Assembly: GCF_006345805.1 (NCBI RefSeq) | Contig: NW_021834631.1 | Coordinates: 1-46,550 of the forward strand | DNA length: 46,550 nt | Origin: Octopus sinensis | Taxonomy: Eukaryota | Direction: 5' to 3' | Shown here: positions 1 through 11,431 of the stretch, piece after piece | How positions within the stretch are numbered: the stretch's first letter is position 1 | How the letters are laid out: the number at the start of each line of letters is the position of its first letter | Notes under the pieces: generated by a model | Seen by the model: only the letters and a program-made list of their open reading frames with translations | Database searches by the model: none | Told to the model about the DNA's origin: nothing | Made by a program: the position numbers and the translations under genes

Positions 1-647
1 TGCCAACGAATCATTATACCAGTGTGAAATCCTAACATGCAAAGAATATTAGTCTACTAAATTCTTCCCTCTGTGTGTATATTGTGCAATCCATGTCCGT
101 CTTACACAATAGCTAAAGCAGATTGCCATTGTTCGTTGCGTGAACTGGGCGTATACCTCCATAAACTTGACAATTGATACCAAAATAGATTGTGAGGGAA
201 CAAAGATGTTTGTATTAGTGCTTGCTTGTTTTGTGTACAGATATGTGTTCGTATACATTTAGAGAGACGCGTATTGTTGCATATACACGTATTTTATGGA
301 CACTTTCATACACATAGACACACACACTCAAAAGTTTACGCACACCCGTACACACGTATATTGATCGCTAGCTTAGATATGTGTACATATGTATGTAATT
401 ATTGTCACAAAGATGTACATAACCATACATTTAAACATATGTGTAAGTATATTAGTCAGGTTTTTCTCTTTATCTTTCTGTCTGTCTGTCTGTCTACCTG
501 TCTATCTGTCTACTTAGTTTCTCTGTCTGTATATTTGTATAGACAATATAATTTTAAATATTTATATTTTATGTAGTTCTACATATATATAAATATATAT
601 ACAGGTTTATGTGTGTATGTATGTATATGTATGTGTGTGTGTGTGTT

Positions 648-929
648 GGTACAAGCGTGGTTGTGTGGTATCAAACTTGGTACCCAGTCACATGGTCCCG
701 GTTTCAGTCTCACTTCGTGCCACATAGCTATAGCGTCGGGTCTATTTATTTTCTGTCTGTACACATATGAGTGTGTGTGTAAATTTAATGTAAAAAAAAA
801 GCGCCCGACAAAATAAGTACTAAGCTTTAGAAATCAAGTACTGAGGTCGGTTTGTTCGAGTAAACCTTCCAAGGCAGAGACACAACTTGGTCGCAGTCCA
901 ATGTCTTAAACAAGGAAAATAATAAAAGA
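648..929 (+). mobile_element. Degenerate near-full-length tRNA-derived SINE, family B
   Basis: Head (gcgtggttgtgtggt...catggtcccggtttcagtctcact) matches the reverse complement of 15492-15652. 3' part (aataagtact...gaggtcggtttgttcgag...ggtcgcagtccaatg) matches B tails at 14534-14663 and 30492-30697. Confidence 0.7.
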
Positions 930-957
930 CTCGTTTGTGTGATCAATACAGTCTCAG

Positions 958-1190
958 AAGGCGGCGAACTGGCTGGAACGTTAGCACGCCGGGCGAAATG
1001 CGTAGCCGTATTTCGTCTGCCGTTATGTTCTGAGTTCAAATTCCGCCGAGGTCGACTTTGCCTTTCATCCTTTCGGGGTCGAAAAGTTAAGTACCAGTAA
1101 TGCACTGGGGTCGATATAATCGACTTAATCCCTTTGTCTGTCCTTGTTTGCTCTCTCTGTGTTTAGCCCCTTGTGGGTAGTAAAGAAAGA
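958..1190 (+). mobile_element. Young SINE family A, tail type A1
   Basis: aaggcggcg head with A-box-like tggctggaacg and B-box-like gagttcaaattcc; near-identical to 37384-37609 and to the reverse complement of 41088-41321; tail ...ttagccccttgtgggtagtaaagaaa. Confidence 0.92.
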
Positions 1191-1356
1191 GGTATCTCGT
1201 CTGTTTTTACCTTCTGAGTTCAAATTCTGCCAAGATCGACTTTGCTTTTCATCCTATCGAGGTCGATAAATTAAGCACCAGTTACGTACTGAGGTCAATC
1301 TAATCGACTAGCCCCTCCCTAAAAATTTCGGGCCTTGTGCCTAGAGTAGAAAGAAT
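1191..1356 (+). mobile_element. Headless older SINE-A body with tail A2, fused behind the A1 copy
   Basis: Starts at ggtatctcgtc, repeats the SINE-A body with more substitutions, ends aaaaatttcgggccttgtgcctagagtagaaagaat. Confidence 0.85.
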
Positions 1357-1804
1357 ACAGGGTTCAAGCTCTTTTTCTCACAGCAAAACAATTCTTATGA
1401 GCTTCGAATCTTGTATAACTAATAACAAACAGAAAAGAAAAGGTAATCTAAAAATGGTTCCGATAGAAATGAATATTGTAAAATAATAATTTAACATGCT
1501 GATGGACGAACATTGTGGAAGAAGAATATTTAAAAATCAAGGCGAAATCAACAGAATAACAACCATTGTTATTTCTATTACATAGTAACAGCTACTGCGT
1601 GAACTTAGGTTATATATCGGCAAGATACGTGCACTGACAATATATATTGATGCCGTCGAGAGGTAGGCCCCGAAATGGCGCACATTCTCTCCTGATGACC
1701 CTATACACTTGCTGGCTTCCGGTATGCGGAGTTCTTGACTGGTAGCACTTGCATGTGCAAGTTGTTTGCAAGACATGCGTGTAGGATATATACATACGCT
1801 AACG

Positions 1805-1843
<39 letters not shown>

Positions 1844-2013
1844 TGCGCAAATACATTCACGCAAAGTTTGCATCGCAAGGACGCATCACAAATATAAGTT
1901 AAGAAATTTAGACTAGTAACAACAGTGTTGTTATCATCATAAATTATATTATGAGATTGCAAAAATAAACATCTGCTACTCACTTGCGCATTGTTGCCAT
2001 TTTAGTAATATGC

Positions 2014-2048
2014 ACATGGAATGTTTTATCTCTTACTAATGTGTATTT

Positions 2049-2083
<35 letters not shown>

Positions 2084-2097
2084 GTATATATGAAGAT
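2014..2097 (+). repeat. Left copy of a ~58-bp direct repeat flanking the LINE fragment (expanded internal (AT)n)
   Basis: acatggaatgttt...gtgtatttccatata...atgtatatatgaagat recurs at 2730-2787. Confidence 0.85.
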
Positions 2098-2111
2098 AAC
2101 GTTTTTTTATG

Positions 2112-2727
2112 TTTTATCTTTTAATGAGGTCATGCCGAGGCACCGTCTTTCAGTGTGATTTCAGTGAAATAGCGAGTTGGACGATGGATTTTCTTCTTTG
2201 TGCCTCCTGTCGCAATGCGGGTTCATTGAAAACCTCCACATCTACACCTCGCAAATCTCTGAGGTTGTTCGGTAAAAAGTTGAAAATTGTGGACTCTTGA
2301 AACTGAAGCTGTTACAGTACTGGGTCCTTGTTTTAGATGTGAAAAACGAGAACTTTGGTACTACGCAGTGCTTGTCCAGTTCGGTGGTTAATATAGCTTT
2401 CAGTCTATATGGTGGAAGCTAGATCTTCCAGGATCTTCCATATGTATATCATTGCACATCTTTCGCGCCTTCTCTCTAGAAAGTAGAGCTTCAATTGCTT
2501 TAGCCTCTACCATTAGCTCCTCTGTTGCACCTAGTCGTGGTGCTGGATTGCCTCCGAGTTTCCATCCAGTTTGACGCTTTGCGGGGACCACATTTAGGAG
2601 CAGTGATCCAGACGGCTAAGAATGAAAATTCTCCATTGGAGTAGTATAGCATCGTTTTCTCTGTTTTTTAATGATTTCGGAATCCTTCCAGCTACTCACC
2701 TGCACAGTGTTACCATCTTAATAATAA
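2112..2727 (-). mobile_element. Decayed 5'-truncated LINE, CR1/L2 group, 3' end of the RT ORF
   Basis: Minus-strand translation with stops/frameshifts gives CR*VAGRIPKSLKNRENDAILLQWRIFILSRLDHCS*MWSP, QLKLYFLERRRERCAMIYIWKILEDL and FNFLPNNLRDLRGVDVEVF, matching the LSRLDYCS..WSP / LYSLERRR / FN.LP motifs of CR1/L2-type RT C-termini. An A-rich tail lies near 2098-2121 on the minus strand. Confidence 0.85.
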
Positions 2728-2729
2728 GA

Positions 2730-2787
2730 ACATGGAATGTTTCATCATTACTCAGGTGTATTTCCATATATATGTATATATGAAGAT
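2730..2787 (+). repeat. Right copy of the ~58-bp direct repeat flanking the LINE fragment
   Basis: Aligns to 2014-2097 with a few substitutions and a shorter (AT) run. Confidence 0.85.
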
Positions 2788-2908
2788 CGTACATATATAT
2801 TTAAGAGATTCGTCGACATACAGGTGTGGAAATAGCTCTTATACAGGTATTGTCCAAAGGAAGAAATTCTTCTTATAGATTAAGTGCGTAAAAACAACCA
2901 GAGACGAC

Positions 2909-2965
2909 ATCAGACTGTAAGACGCGTGTTTCTCCATGCCTACACTTCATCAGATACAGATATTG
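2909..2965 (-). ncRNA. Decayed minimal type I hammerhead-ribozyme-like motif
   Basis: Minus strand: UCUGUAU-CUGAUGA-AGUGUAGGCAUGGA-GAAA-C-ACGC-G-UC-UUACAG. Core and cleavage triplet intact, helix I CUGUA/UACAG, helix II poor. Confidence 0.4.
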
Positions 2966-3007
2966 ATTTGGATTCCCACATATGTACATTCACACACATA
3001 AACCCAC

Positions 3008-3045
<38 letters not shown>

Positions 3046-3238
3046 CTATATATGTATGCGTATTTGAATATTTATGTATATTTACACATCTATACACTCA
3101 GACAAATACGCATGTATTTGTATGTATATATAAGTCTTATGATTTATATTAATTGTTACAGTTGGTTACCTGGAGTATTGAGAACTTTATAAGTTTCGTC
3201 CTTGAACTTAATCTGTGCGCGAGACTTCTAACAAATAC

Positions 3239-3240
<2 letters not shown>

Positions 3241-3327
<87 letters not shown>

Positions 3328-3411
3328 ATATCTATCTCTCATCTATCTATCTATCTATATATCTATCTCTCTATCTATCTATCTATCTATCTACCTATCT
3401 ATCTATCTATC
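3241..3411. repeat. (TATC)n / (GATA)n microsatellite
   Basis: Direct tandem array with few interruptions. Confidence 0.97.
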
Positions 3412-4039
3412 TTTATTTATATTTATATATAACATATATAATTATATATATACACAATATACAAGTACACATAATATATGTATGTGTTTGTATGACGTGT
3501 GTGTTTATTTGGGGGGACACGTGCGTTTGCTTGTGTGCGCTTTTGTGTGTGTACGTGAATTTTTTGTGTGAGTGCGTCTATGTGGTGTGTGTGTGTGTGT
3601 GTGTGCGTGTGTGTCCTTATCAATTAGGAGAACCAGACGTACCAAAAGACATTATGCAGGATCAGTTTTTTTTTTTGTTTTTTGTTTTTTTTTTTTTTGT
3701 TTTTGTTTGTTCTGTTTGGTGGTTGGTGTCTTTTAATAACAGTGGCAGAATGTTATTGGAATAAGTAAAACTTCGTTTACAATCAATATCTGGCGCGGTA
3801 TAATTAACACTTATCTTTGATGAATCATCTAATAGTACATACCTAGAAGTACGCAGACACACACACGCGAACGCACACACACACAAGACTTGCACGCATA
3901 CGCGCAAACAGGACACACGGATGCATCCACAATGACCACTTAGATGTAAGTATACATACTTTTATAAACACACTGGTAGAGATTGTCAAACAAATGTATA
4001 TGAATCATATATATATATATATGTATTGAATATTGTTCC

Positions 4040-4073
<34 letters not shown>

Positions 4074-4099
4074 GTCATCATCATCATCATCATTATTAT

Positions 4100-4186
4100 A
4101 AGGCGGCGAGCTGGCAGAAGCGTTAGCACGCGGGGCGAAATGCGAAGAGGTATTTCGTCTGCCGTTACTTTCTGAGTTCAAATTCT
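4100..4186 (+). mobile_element. SINE-A 5' head only (3'-truncated)
   Basis: aaggcggcgagctggcagaagcgttagcacg...tctgagttcaaattc, preceded by (TTA)n(TCA)n. Confidence 0.88.
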
Positions 4187-4235
4187 GAGGGAAAGACAGA
4201 AAGAGAGAAGGATCTAGTTCGCTATCTAGCTAGAC

Positions 4236-4249
4236 AAACAGACAGACAT

Positions 4250-4282
<33 letters not shown>

Positions 4283-4309
4283 TAGATATTAGGTAGGTAG
4301 GTAGGTAGG

Positions 4310-4386
<77 letters not shown>

Positions 4387-4391
4387 CAGAT
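4236..4391. repeat. Compound (GACA)n(GGTA)n(GATA)n microsatellite
   Basis: Direct tandem arrays. Confidence 0.96.
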
Positions 4392-4399
4392 ACTGTTGT

Positions 4400-4590
4400 C
4401 CTTTTACATATATCCGTCGTTAAAATATTGACCATGCTGGAGTTCGGGCTTTTGTCAACCCAAGTTCTTCTATATCAGTTTTGCACTTGTCCTATCGTTC
4501 TACATATTACCGGTTAGCTAAGTTACCATTCGGATACACTACAGACAGGTCTTGATTTAAATGGTGGTGTTGGCTCAAATGTATTTACAG
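4400..4590 (-). mobile_element. Old SINE-B-like 3' fragment
   Basis: Reverse complement has gtaacttagc...gatagga...cttgggttgac...ctccagcatggtc, a diverged match to the B tail at 14534-14663. Confidence 0.45.
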
Positions 4591-5557
4591 ATAAGCAAAT
4601 CCACCGAATGAGACATATTCATACACGCACACAAAATAACGCGCACACACAAATCTGTGTATGTATGTATGTATGTATGTATGTATGTATGTACACACGT
4701 ACCCATAGAGACACAAATAGTCGACGAATCACTTCCATGGTCAGATTACGATACTTTGAGTCGACAGCATCAACCACACCCTACAAAAACATCTACTATC
4801 ATTGTTATTTTATCCGCATTCAATCACGCACGCACAGACACACATTCATACACACATACACACATATTCATACACACACGCGCACACACATACACTTATT
4901 CCCAAACACCCCCATAGACGCAACCACGCAGGCACACACGCACGCACGTACTCAATGGCGCGTACAAGGATATACTATGTTCCTATTTCCCCCTTCATAC
5001 GCATACTTACATATACATACATATACACACATACAAGCACATATATGTAAGTCTATGTGTGCTTGTGTGTGTTCTTGTGTGTGTGTATGTGTGTGTGTAT
5101 GCGTGTGTGTCCGTATGTGTGCATACATGTGTAACATCTCCGTATCAATTCAGTGTAGAAAACAAAAAAATGTCTGCCACCTATAAAGTAACAACAACAA
5201 CTATCAAAACAACAAAACAACATCGCAGTCTAAACAAAATGAAATTGGAGATAGAGTCGAGATAAATACAACGTATAGATCAGATTAGATGAGGTTAAAA
5301 AACAAAATACTTGCTGACAGCCATAACTGGCCACAGATATTCCCACCTTATTACTAATCTCTGAAGCACCAGACACCAGCAGTGTTTATTTTACTAAAAT
5401 ATAACCACCTTATCTTTGGAGATTGTACTCTATGATAGCCTCATAACTTACGACGTCCCTTTATTGAGCACAGTTTTAAAGAAACTCTGTCTCTTTTAAC
5501 GAACACTTCGTTCAACGCTGTTTATTAAAAATATGTTACCGTTCTCGGTTCGATAAA

Positions 5558-5840
5558 CGAGATGTCGCCTTAGCATGAAGTATTTACTAGATGTCGCTTT
5601 ATGGATGGACCAATCTACTTCTTTTTTTATTTATTCATTTCTTTTTTTGGCATATATTTACTGGAGAAGTTTGTTTAATTAGTCGATGTTTATGGTAAGA
5701 TATCTTTAGGTGTTTTCTAACTAAAATATGTTTACAGTAAGATGGCGCCTTATCAAGCAGTGTTTACTTGAAGACGATGATTTAGTGAGCGATGTTTACT
5801 AGAAGACGGCGCCGTTTACTAGAAGATGGTTGCTTATCAA
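5558..5840 (+). repeat. Cryptic degenerate minisatellite, unit ~ TGTTTACTAGAAGATGGCGCCTTA
   Basis: About 7 imperfect recurrences, e.g. tatttactagatgtcgc, tgtttacagtaagatggcgcc, tgtttactagaagacggcgcc, gtttactagaagatgg. Confidence 0.6.
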
Positions 5841-6959
5841 ATGGTTATTAAATGTTAATAAACGATAACATTTAGTTAATGAAAGCAAAACATTTTTAGC
5901 AATTCTTACAAAGAGATGCCTGCGAGAAAAAACAAATTGAGTGGAGGAAAAATAAAAATACAAATACATATAAGAATAAAATAAATAAATACAGCAATCC
6001 AGATGGAGAACTGAAAAAGAAAATCAAATCTATTGATGACCTTTAAAATCTCTCACATAAATGAAATAATTAAGTTAATTTTCCAGTGAGCGAGCCAAAA
6101 ATCACAAAACGGTTTGTTTTATGACTAGTTTATTGGTGTTGACATTAGATCTTAGTAGTTTTGGAATGATGTAACGCTTGTCATTTAAATTCTCGTTTCA
6201 GTGGTTAATTTATACTGTATAATAGATATATTACTGCAATATAACATACAAGTGAGATGTGTAACTAAGCGGGCGCACACTTTCTCTCTCTCTCTCATAC
6301 ACACACACACACACACACAACACACACACACGTGTGTATCTGTGTGTGTATGTGCGTGTGCTTGTATACGCTATTACACAATACATTTTTAAAATTCACT
6401 TCTGTAACTCATTCCGAGCGTCGAGTTTTCACATGTCATATCACAATGCAAATTGTGGTACACACATTCTGTTATTATTTCTCTCGTTCCTGTCATAGAA
6501 CTACATGCTTGAGCAGATCCTTCATGCTTCAGCCTATAATATAGACCTCAGTATTTCTGCACTCAGATACTTTATTTTAGCGATCTTGTATATCATACAT
6601 CACGTAAAGACGACTTTACCTTCTATACATTAGTTTACAAAATACCAGGCAGCTACTAAGCTCGATTTAACCAACTGTTACTGATGTTTTCCAAGCTTCT
6701 TCAAGCAACGGATTCCAAATTACGCTTTGAATACCCTCATCTGCTTTAGATGATGGTGTTCAGTCAACCGATCACAGTGCTCCTCTGAGGAATAGTTACT
6801 CCGAGTATTATTAGTTTTGAAGGACATAATATTTTAAAATGATACAAGAATCCCGTAATTAAAGAGATGCGTTGCCTGTTCATCACTGTGCTACACTGGT
6901 CGACAGCAGAAACTTATATGGCTGAAATCAAAGCCATGTGTATGAAGATTGTCCTTGCT

Positions 6960-7137
6960 TCTCCTCTGGAAGCTATCTACTCGCGATACCAGAGGGCGCA
7001 CACTCTCCTACCCTGATGTAATCTCCAGGGATACAGGCATCCAGCAACAGGACCTCCGTAATGCTATGATGGACCGTGAAGTCTGGCGTAGCATAGGAAT
7101 TTCCATTGTCTCGACCACGGTCGAACAATGATGATGA
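6960..7137 (+). mobile_element. Short 5'-truncated RTE-clade LINE with (TGA)n tail and 10-bp TSD
   Basis: Encodes LLWKLSTRDTRGRTLSYPDVISRDTGIQQQDLRNAMMDREVWR...VEQ*, typical of the RTE/RTE-X C-terminus. Ends caatgatgatgat; TGTCCTTGCT is duplicated at 6950-6959 and 7138-7147. Confidence 0.9.
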
Positions 7138-7954
7138 TGTCCTTGCTGAGTGAGCTAACGAAATACTCGTCATTTACACTATTCTCTGAATCAACAATGC
7201 TAAAGGACCAAGCATTTCTTTGTTTCAATGAAAGAGTAAGAAGCGATCAGAAAAGTTTGGCATAGCACATAAAAATCTTGAAACTTTTTAAGCTCCAGAA
7301 TCCTAAGACTCTTCAATGTTGTAACAGATTCGAAATGATATCGAAAACCCTTTACTATATATCAGATAATTTAAATTACCAAGCACACTATTTTATTTCG
7401 TTGACACGTAATCGATTAGTTTTTGCATACTAACCTAATCAGTTGGTCAATAGTACATACTTACCAATGTTTTCAGGTAAATCATTCAGGTAAATCAGCT
7501 AAATTAATTATATGAACAAGAACATCTAAAAAATTGCTTCGTTTTTACTTCTTTTCTCTCCCATCTCCACTTCCAATCTATCCCTTTGTGGCAGCCATTT
7601 ATAATCTGTTTTCAATTTGAAACGCATACCGATGATCTAAGTATGATGAATTCCGTACACTAATGCGAAACGATTTTAACACAGATGATAAATTTCATGT
7701 CACAAGTGACATATAAAAACTACTCACGCAGTTAATCTAAATGATTGTAGCACATCAATTTGCAGGGTTTTCAAAATCCATTCGATTAGAAACGCCAGTT
7801 TGCATTTGAAATGAATGAATTCACATTTATTTTATACAAATTTCTAGATATCCCTTATCTTTAATGTTGTCGCTTTAAATGTGCTGTAGTTAACACCTAT
7901 GTATAAGCGTTTAATTCTTATCTCTTTCCCTCCATCTTTCCCTCAGCATATCTC

Positions 7955-7955
<1 letters not shown>

Positions 7956-8037
<82 letters not shown>
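7956..8037. repeat. (TATC)n microsatellite
   Basis: Perfect tandem array. Confidence 0.98.
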
Positions 8038-8038
<1 letters not shown>

Positions 8039-8509
8039 GCAATATACATACATCCATACATATATGTGTGTATGCGTCTATGTGTGTGTATGTGCCTATG
8101 TGTGTGTATGCATGTATGTACGTACGTAAGTATGTCTGTCTGTATATAGACATAGATATATATGTATGTAAGCTCACAGAGGCACGAGTGGACACGCACG
8201 GGCACAAACACACACACGCACTCACCCGCACACAAACACTCATATTAGCCATTAAACGCATCAATTTGAAACACGAGCAAGCAAAGCCTATATACATATA
8301 TATGTATATGGATGTATATGTGTGTGTGTATGTGTGTGAGAGTAAATATTAATACATATGTATATTTATACATGCATACATTCACACACACATATATATG
8401 TTTATGTATATATATGTATGTGTGTGTATCAGTATACCCAAACACGCCTTATATTTATTCTTTACGTCTTCCCTACATACTTCAATACGTGGATATCACG
8501 CACCAATTC

Positions 8510-8558
<49 letters not shown>

Positions 8559-8794
8559 CCTCACTTTTTACGATAACATTATCCAATGTGTTGTGTGTCT
8601 TTTTTTAAGAAACTAGAATGTGAACTGAGGGAAATCTGTCAGATATTTATAAAAGACCTTTTTGCTGTCTCATTTTCTCATCAATGGTCGAGAGTGGCGA
8701 GTAAGCTTTTCCTTGTCACTAAATCCATTTTATAAGAGAACTAGACAGAGAAGAGAATAACCTGGTTTCCACAGAGGTTTCGAAAAGCCTCCGT

Positions 8795-9008
8795 GGGAGC
8801 CTCTACGTGGTCATTTAACCTACGAGAAATACCAGTAAAATCTCAATCAAATCTCGTCTTAATGTGTTAAAAGAAGGAAAGTAAAGATAGAATAATGAAG
8901 GCCGAGAAGCTTCTAGAAACAGGGCATTGTCACACTAGAGATATCTTTGATTACATACTGCTCGATCAGAGTTTACCTGGTGCTGCAAATCAGCATTAAC
9001 AACAGCAA
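8795..9008 (+). mobile_element. Interspersed repeat family D (probable SINE body/tail ending in (CAA)n-like repeats)
   Basis: ctctacgtggtc...gaaata..ag..aaatct...caaat start and ctgctcgatcagag...ctgg.gct...aacaacagcaa end recur at 19174-19265, 19975-20116 and, reversed, at 15114-15352 and 37885-38150. Confidence 0.6.
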
Positions 9009-9142
9009 TACTCACGTCACCACCACTTCTAATACACAGCGTATTCCTGATATAGTGGGAATGGGTTTAAAGTCACCCCTGCCGAATTCCCGGTGAAGTG
9101 GTAATGAACAACGCCTGTACAAAAAAAAAAAAGAAAAGTCAG

Positions 9143-9174
9143 TTGATTCTGTCCATTAGTTTGGACAGAATCAA
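9143..9174. other. Perfect 13-bp stem, 6-nt loop hairpin
   Basis: ttgattctgtcca (9143-9155), loop ttagtt, tggacagaatcaa (9162-9174). Confidence 0.9.
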
Positions 9175-10171
9175 ACTCTTGAGTTGTATATGCATTAATT
9201 TAATCTTTTTCTTTCTGGAGTCTAGGTGGAGTTAGACACTGAGTCCCAGACCCGACAGGGTTAATGCTGGCGTTAGTATGATTGCTGACGTCAGCGTTAC
9301 ACATCTCATTTCAAAATCATCCACGATTCAAATACATTAACTGACCCACCGAGTAATTATATTTAACGTCACAACTGCATAAATTTGTAAGGGAAGGTGA
9401 AGTGGTTATTTAATCACCCTCGCCACAAATCTGTCCCCCCACCACCACACTACCTTTTCTTCTTCAATGACCTCGGAAGGTCAAATGCAATTTTAGCATA
9501 GGTTAGATTTGAACACATGTCCTAAGGTAACAATACAATACGCTGTTAGATAATGGGCCTGGCGTTCAACTGTTTTAATCACACCACAACCCTATTAATC
9601 ATCTCAAAATGTATATATATGTCTTATTAAGAAATGTCAAACAATTGACTCCGTTCGTTACACTTCCATGAGATAAATATCGATTGATCGATAAAGAGTG
9701 GTAACGTGCTTAATCAATCCCCTAACACACGTGATCATTCATAGTATAATTGATGCCACGTATGCATGCATGTATATATGTGTCTGTGGAAATACATGTA
9801 AGCATATATGTGTGTGTGAGAGTGTGTGTGTGTGTGTGTTTGTGTGTGTGTGTATGTGTGTGTAATATACATACTCCCATGCACGCATTTATATATATGG
9901 TGCATTTATATATTTTGAATATATATTATATAGATAAATAGATAATGTGTAAATATATGTATATATATATATATATATGTATATAATATGAGTGTGTGTG
10001 TGTGTGCGCGTGTGTGTGTCTGCAGCTGGGAAGGATGTGTGTGTTCCCTTTATTGTAATTTCGAAACCACCCCACAGAATAGAAAGAAGGAAAATATATG
10101 GAATGCTTGACCGAGTTGGGTTGAGAGGGATATTGTCTACTCAGTAACGTGAACTACAACTTATATATATG

Positions 10172-10202
<31 letters not shown>

Positions 10203-11145
10203 TTGATATCTTATGTGTGCCTGTGTGCCTGTGTGTCTATATGTATATATATATATGAATGTGTTCGGGTGTCCATATCAAGTTAAATACTTTAGTGGAG
10301 TTTAAAGTTGACATTAAAACCTAAATTTATATCGAAATGTATCATTAATCTACACGGTAGATGGGAGCATACGAATAGCATTCTAAAGACGTGCTTAATG
10401 TACCCGTACTGCTCTAACCTACATTTTCGTCCCCGAATATATAAACCCTCTGAATAGTTTGTATATGTAGGAGGAATTCATTATAAAAAATTATTGAGCC
10501 GTATTCATAATTATTCAAATTTAGAGTGACTTCCAAAGGTCTTTCTGTGCTCCCCTATTGTTAATTATTGCAGCCCAGTGTATGGTCTACGTATGACAAG
10601 GGATCTGGAACAATGTATTCACAACTGTGAGGCTCATTCGATTTATTATTCGACAGTAAAACGAGAGAGAAAATGGATTCGCAAGAGCGAATTTATGGTA
10701 ATTTATTATTACGCTTCTTTTTTGTTTCTCTTTTCCGTTTCTGTTTTATCCGCTGATAACAGTCCCGTTCTGGTCAGGGTCACTGTGAGATGTCAAAGAA
10801 AAGAGGTCAGAACTTATTTTCAGGGTCATTTCTTCGTCAAGTATTGCATCAACACTCAGTGTAGCGACAGACCAAATGCAGGAAAAGGGTAAAAGAAACG
10901 ACACAGAGCAAACTCAATCCGTAACTTATTTATTGATCCGCAGTTAGATATAAAACCGTACAAAAACCGCATCACAAACTTCGTTAAGACCACGTTTCGG
11001 TAATCTACAAATATGGATTTCAGTGTTAGATATATTATTAAATTTAACGTTTGTCCTTAAGTAATAATTGCATACACCAATGGTTTCTAAATGGTTTGCC
11101 AAGGCGTGAAGTATAACTCCTTACAGAAATCTGTCAAAGTCTTCC

Positions 11146-11235
<90 letters not shown>

Positions 11236-11332
11236 AATCAATCTATCTATCTATCTTTCTGTCTGTCTGTCTGTATGTATGTATGTATGTATGTATGTAT
11301 GTATGTATGAATGTATGTATATATGTATATAT
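11146..11332. repeat. Compound (CTGT)n(CTAT)n(GTAT)n microsatellite
   Basis: Direct tandem arrays. Confidence 0.96.
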
Positions 11333-11431
11333 ATAATTTTTATTCTTTATAGAATTAAGGATAAGATCACTTTAATGATTTTATCAAGTGGTCAGCGTTA
11401 AATAAAAATCTCATAGGTAATTTTTATACAG

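Noticed and set aside
1-258. ORF 49-258 and a YQCEI-like stretch suggesting a zinc-finger or membrane protein
   Set aside because: No C2H2 spacing, stops in neighbouring frames, no recognisable family motif.
1660-1705. GAAA...CUGAUGA arrangement suggesting a type II hammerhead
   Set aside because: Helix II cannot form (C opposite C) and there is no room for helix I.
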